DNA from: an uncultured bacterium
Lineage (GTDB): Bacteria; Verrucomicrobiota; Kiritimatiellia; RFP12; UBA1067
Length of the DNA: 64,000 nucleotides
Assembly: GCA_902761035.1 (NCBI GenBank)
Contig: CACWIW010000003.1
Coordinates: forward strand, 508-64,507
Direction of reading: 5' to 3'
The translations under genes and the position numbers were made by a program. The notes beneath the pieces are model-generated. The model had not been told where the DNA came from and did not search any database. It saw nothing but the letters and a program-made list of their open reading frames with translations. Below are positions 57,001 to 60,000 of the stretch, one piece after another. How positions within the stretch are numbered: position 1 is the first letter of the stretch; each line of letters opens with the position of its first letter.

Positions 57001-60000
57001 GGACGCCCGCGCCTCCTACGGCGACAACTTCGCTCAGGTCCCGTATGACCCGTATGACGAATACGGCTTCTGGAACAGCCTGGTGGCGGCCAGTGCCATC
57101 AATAGCACTGCGACGAACTTCGTTGCCGGAGTCGCGAACGCGGAGCTTGTGGCGGCACTCGACGTGTACACGAACGACTGGAACTACGCGAACGGCGTGA
57201 TGGCTTACGCGCAGACGACGGCTCACGTGGCGACGAACGGAACGGACAAGTTCGTGGTGGTGATCGCGGGCGCGGACGACCCGGACGGCGTCGCGGAGGG
57301 CGCGGTGAAGACGGTTCTCAGGACGGTGACGCTGCCGAACGGCGAGCTGGTCGCGTGGGGCGAGACGGCCGATGTCGACGTGGTGGGCCTGCCGATCGGC
57401 GAGGAGCCGGTGACGCTCATCCACAGGGCGGTCTACCACTTCTACGGCTTCGAGGCGGACACGGCCCGCGGCTGCATCAACGACGGCGCGGCGTCTGCTG
57501 CCCCGGCGGCGGCCGACGGCGAGGACGGCGAGGAGACGGCTGCGGCGGCCGCAACCACTGCGGCGGGCACGGGCCACACGGCACCGTTCACGCACGCGTG
57601 GCGCTACTTCACGAAGGAGATCGTGGGCTACGCGGATCCCGTCGAGGTGGTGTACGACTTCGAGGATGGCACGGGCGACGGCCTCGCGGACGGCTGGCAG
57701 CTGTATGTCGGCGGCAGTGACAGGCATGCCTACCAGTACCGCTACGACCCGGCGGACGACTACTACTTCTACAATAACCTCGCGGTGCAGGATCCGGAAT
57801 TCGCGGCTTCGCTGCCTCCGTACGACAATACGTTCGCCATCACGAACGGCATCGCGAACGCGACGGTGGAAGCGCAGAAGGCGTTCTGGGACTGGGCGCC
57901 GGAGGACGACTACATGGCATACGTCCAGACCAACGTGCTGATTTCGGTGGTCACGAACGCCGGCGGCGTGGCCTCGATCTACGCGATCGACCCGGGCACG
58001 AACACGCTCTACGAGACGTTCTACGTGGGCAACGAGCTCTTCGTGGGCGCGGTCTGCACGAACGAATACGCCTACAATGCGATGGAGAACGGCGACTTCA
58101 TGACGATGGTCACGAACGCGACGGTCATCCACTCCGCAGTCTACGACTGGTACGGATTCGACCCGACGACGGCCAAGCCTTCGTACTGGTGGCCCGAGTC
58201 CATTGCCTACCTGGCGGAATCCAACTCGAACTACACCGTCGGCGCGAACAGCGTTCCGTTCACGCGTAGGCTGAAGTACATCACGCAGACGATGTACCTG
58301 CCGATGGTGGGCGCGGAGGACGACTACTTCCTCACGACATCGTGGACGGCCGATCCCTCGACGTGGTGGACTGACACCAACGGCAACGACATGCCGGACG
58401 GCTGGGAGCTGTACGTGAAGTACTCCGCCTCGAGCGATCCCAGCAAGCCGGACGACGATTACAGGGAGGACTTCACCGACGGCAGCGACCCGAACACCGA
58501 CGACACGGACGGCGACGGAATCCCTGACGACGTCGAGCAGTTCTTCGGCGTAACCGATCCGACGGTGCCAGACGGCAACCTTGCGCTTGAGAACGACGTG
58601 ATGGCGTTTGCCACCGTAAACGCCACGGTCGTGACCGTGCAGAATACTGCGGAAGGCAGCCTGCCGGTGAAGTACCTCCTCGCAGAGGAAATGGCGGGCA
58701 ACACCGTGGTTGCGCCCAAGGTCGGAGACTACGCTGATTCGCTTGCGCTGCGCGCGACGTACGAATATCTCGTGTCGACCGACGCCAACGACGGCTCCGT
58801 GACGAACCGCTGCGGCGTGGGCACGAACGTGACGCTCACGGCCGCTGCCGGAACAGCCAACCGCATCGTGGCAGTGGCAACCGAGCCCGTGGTGCTCGTC
58901 CACGCGCAGGTGTACGACTACTTCGGCTTCAACAAGGACACCGCGAACCCGACGGCGGTCACGAAGGAGGGCGCGAACTATGTCTATGGCGCGAACACCA
59001 AGCCGTTCACGGTGCTGGACAAGTACCTCGTCGTCCGCTACCTCGAGGCATACGGCCTTGCCAACGCGGCGGCCGACTGGAAGGCGCTCGCGCTTGCGCC
59101 GGCTTCGTCCGACAACGACGCCGACGGCGTACCGGACGGCTGGGAACTGTACACGATGTTCGGAACCGAGGGCGTGACGGCCACGCTTGCCGCCGCCAAG
59201 ATCAGCCCGTACAACTACGCCGACGCCCGTGCGGTCGCTCCGGCAGGTGACATCACCCTGCTTGAGAAGTGGAACGGCGGCGCTCCCGCGTACGACCCGT
59301 GGTCGAAGGATTCCAACGACAACGGCGTGGACGATGTCGATGAGATCAGGTACGTTCTCGATGAACCATACGGTGACGCTGACAACGACCAGCTGCCGAA
59401 CTTCACGGAGTTCCTGATCGCGAGCGGCTTCTCGCAGTACTCGGAATTCGCCGGCGTGTCAGACATCTCCGCGACGAACACCTACTCGCTGACGAACCTC
59501 ATACCGGACTATTTCCGCCGTATAAACAACAAGCTCTACCTCGGCGAAATGTTCACCGACCACGACTTCATGGAAGACCTCTGGGAAGACCTGTTCGACG
59601 TGAAGAAGGTCACGCGCGGACTCTACGACCCGTGGCGCGATTCGGACAGCGACGGCTGGAGCAACTACGCCGAGTGCCGCGCTGGCACCAATCCCGAGTT
59701 CGAAGCCAATACATACGGCGTAAAGGGTATAGTTGTAAAGAACTATCCTATACCGACAATCCACGCCAAGGTCGTGATGGGCCCGGGCGAGGGCATGCTG
59801 AACGGCACGATAGTGGTGCAGGCCTTCTCTGACACGAGCAAGCTGACCGGTCTGCCCGACGCGACATGGACGGTTCCCGTGGGAACGTCGTCCGGCGATT
59901 CCACAACTGGTTCGTCCTCGTCCGATTCCAGCGAGAATTCTGCAAAGACCAAATACCTTGGCGCAAACCCGAACGGCGAGGTTTCCTTCACCCTGTCTCC

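Noticed and set aside
49826-57028. The near-identical blocks were considered as a diversity-generating retroelement template/variable repeat pair.
   Set aside because: There is no reverse transcriptase in the window. Both copies are in-frame parts of the same ORF. The differences are not restricted to adenine positions, and the blocks are about 1.6 kb rather than about 100-150 bp.
54806-58903. Very long minus-strand ORFs lie inside the giant gene (1365 aa here). Others are at 36335-38230, 39839-41641, 41714-42961, 44114-45775, 50132-51904 and 52070-54631.
   Set aside because: They are antisense shadows of the 8777-aa frame in GC-rich DNA. Their translations are dominated by R, V, H and G, and they lack signal peptides, start contexts and motifs. 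They tile exactly under the sense ORF.
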